DNA of 63,038 bases, counting the filler. It is 5 parts of 5 records of this genome, joined end to end, with 100 filler letters (N's around TTAATTAATTAA, not from the genome) between each part and the next. Parts side by side here need not be neighbours in the genome. Positions count along the whole stretch, not along the records: positions 39,877 to 63,038 come from SRR2962707_2379; 4 more parts are not named here. One strand, 5' to 3'. The notes beneath the pieces were generated by a model, which was not told the origin of the DNA, did not search any database, and saw only the letters and a list, made by a program, of their open reading frames with translations. How positions within the stretch are numbered: position 1 is the stretch's first letter; each line of letters starts with the position of its first letter. Shown here piece after piece: positions 61,881 through 63,038 of this stretch. A program made the position numbers and the translations under genes.

Positions 61881-63038
61881 ACCTGGATGGAATGTTCCTT
61901 CTCGAACTTCATTAGAAAATCAACCAGATTTTCCTCGGTCTGAAGTCCGAGCTTCTTCCTTAACCGATATCTGGCTGTTTTCACACTGTCAGGTGAAATA
62001 CCTAAAATCCTTGCCGATTCCTTCAGGTTCATGTTTAATCTAAGCAAGGCACAAAGTTTCAATTCTGCATTACCAAGATCCGAAAATTCTTCTTTTAGCG
62101 TTGCAAAGAAGCCATCATGCATTTGCTCGAAAGTGAGTTGGAAATTCTTCCACTCTTCATCAGAGCGGAAGGTCTCATCTACAATTCTATTGATTCTGGT
62201 TAGCTGCTTGTTGGTATCGGTATCTGACTGCTTCTTTAGTTCGTTGATCTGGGCTTTCAGCTCGTCTAGAAGCTGGTTCTTTTGGATAAAACTTAAGGTA
62301 TAAGACGAGATTTCACGGTTCTTTTTATCGATCTCTTCATTCAGGTGCTGCATTTTTAGATCAGCAATTTGACGATCCCTTTTCCGCTTGTAGAATAGAT
62401 TGGCAAACAGCAAACCGATGATGACAATGATGGAAACAGAAGTGATGAGTACAATATTCTTCGCGCCTCTTTCGATCGCTTTTTCTCGTTCCAACTCAGC
62501 AAGCTGTCGCTCTTTCAATTCTGTCTCATAGCGGATGTTTAATCGATCAATTTGCTCTGTGATATCTGCATTACGTTGCTCTTTGTCCAGCGTTGCTTGT
62601 TTGATGTAATACTCAAGTGCTTGTTTGTATTTACCATTCCTTTCATAATACTGAGAGAGGTATTTATAGGCTAATTGCTCACGATACTTCGATTCAATTT
62701 GTAGGGCCAGATTTAACCCTTTATTCATGTACTCAAACGCTTGATCCATTTGTCCAAGCTCCATCAAAGTTTTCCCCAGGTTAGAATAAATGACTGAAGC
62801 CAGATTTACCTCCCTGTCCTCATGAAGGTATTTAAGTGACTCAGCCAGGTTTTTATACGCCTCAAGAGCATTTTCATCTGACATGTCATCTTCTTCATTG
62901 TCAAAGTAGATATCAGCTATATTGTTGTAGACCTGCGCCACACCGGCTGAATCATCCTGGGCCTTACGGATGACCATGCATTCTTTGAAGTAATGACGAG
63001 CAGAATCCTGATTATCAATATTGCCATATAAGACCGCC
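61877..63038 (-). CDS. TPR-TM-LuxR-like HTH regulator (5' truncated by window end)
   Basis: TPR motifs YNNIA, YSNLG; TM; ELKLCALLRLN...LGISPDSVKTARYRLRKKL. Confidence 0.85.
   Translation of the reverse strand, partial: AVLYGNIDNQDSARHYFKECMVIRKAQDDSAGVAQVYNNIADIYFDNEEDDMSDENALEAYKNLAESLKYLHEDREVNLASVIYSNLGKTLMELGQMDQAFEYMNKGLNLALQIESKYREQLAYKYLSQYYERNGKYKQALEYYIKQATLDKEQRNADITEQIDRLNIRYETELKERQLAELEREKAIERGAKNIVLITSVSIIVIIGLLFANLFYKRKRDRQIADLKMQHLNEEIDKKNREISSYTLSFIQKNQLLDELKAQINELKKQSDTDTNKQLTRINRIVDETFRSDEEWKNFQLTFEQMHDGFFATLKEEFSDLGNAELKLCALLRLNMNLKESARILGISPDSVKTARYRLRKKLGLQTEENLVDFLMKFEKEHSIQV

Noticed and set aside
1-63038. tRNA, rRNA, transposase or integrase genes
   Set aside because: None recognised by eye; tRNAscan, Rfam and ISfinder searches are needed to exclude them formally

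Overview
This window is not one locus. It is five contigs joined by artificial 100-bp linkers (44 N + TTAATTAATTAA + 44 N). Contigs 1 (1-7003), 3 (24051-31685) and 4 (31786-39776) are GC-rich gammaproteobacterial DNA, Marinobacter-like by gene content (inference). They carry alaA/htpX/pdxB/rhlB/epmC/dsbD; pycR-pycAB, rimO, PilZ and cysD; and a TPR-TPR-TPR-ExbB-ExbD-ExbD operon resembling the Agl/Glt core. Contig 2 (7104-23950) is from an unidentified eukaryote (protist-like). Four spliced genes were reconstructed there by hand: a DHHC palmitoyltransferase, a ~2138-aa secreted multidomain adhesin-like protein with a fibre-like C-terminus, a PH/coiled-coil protein and an SLC35/TPT transporter. 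Contig 5 (39877-63038) is Bacteroidota-like. It has two tandem ORFs, each bracketed by perfectly complementary GTT.../...AAC sites (integron-cassette-like), then oadGAB, tcdA and TatD. It also carries a polysulfide/thiosulfate-reductase-type operon extended with two YeeE/YedE genes, a rhodanese ending in GGCS and a group III truncated haemoglobin, plus a beta-propeller/Y_Y_Y sensor fused to a methyl-accepting chemotaxis domain. All calls come from motif recognition by eye; no searches were run.
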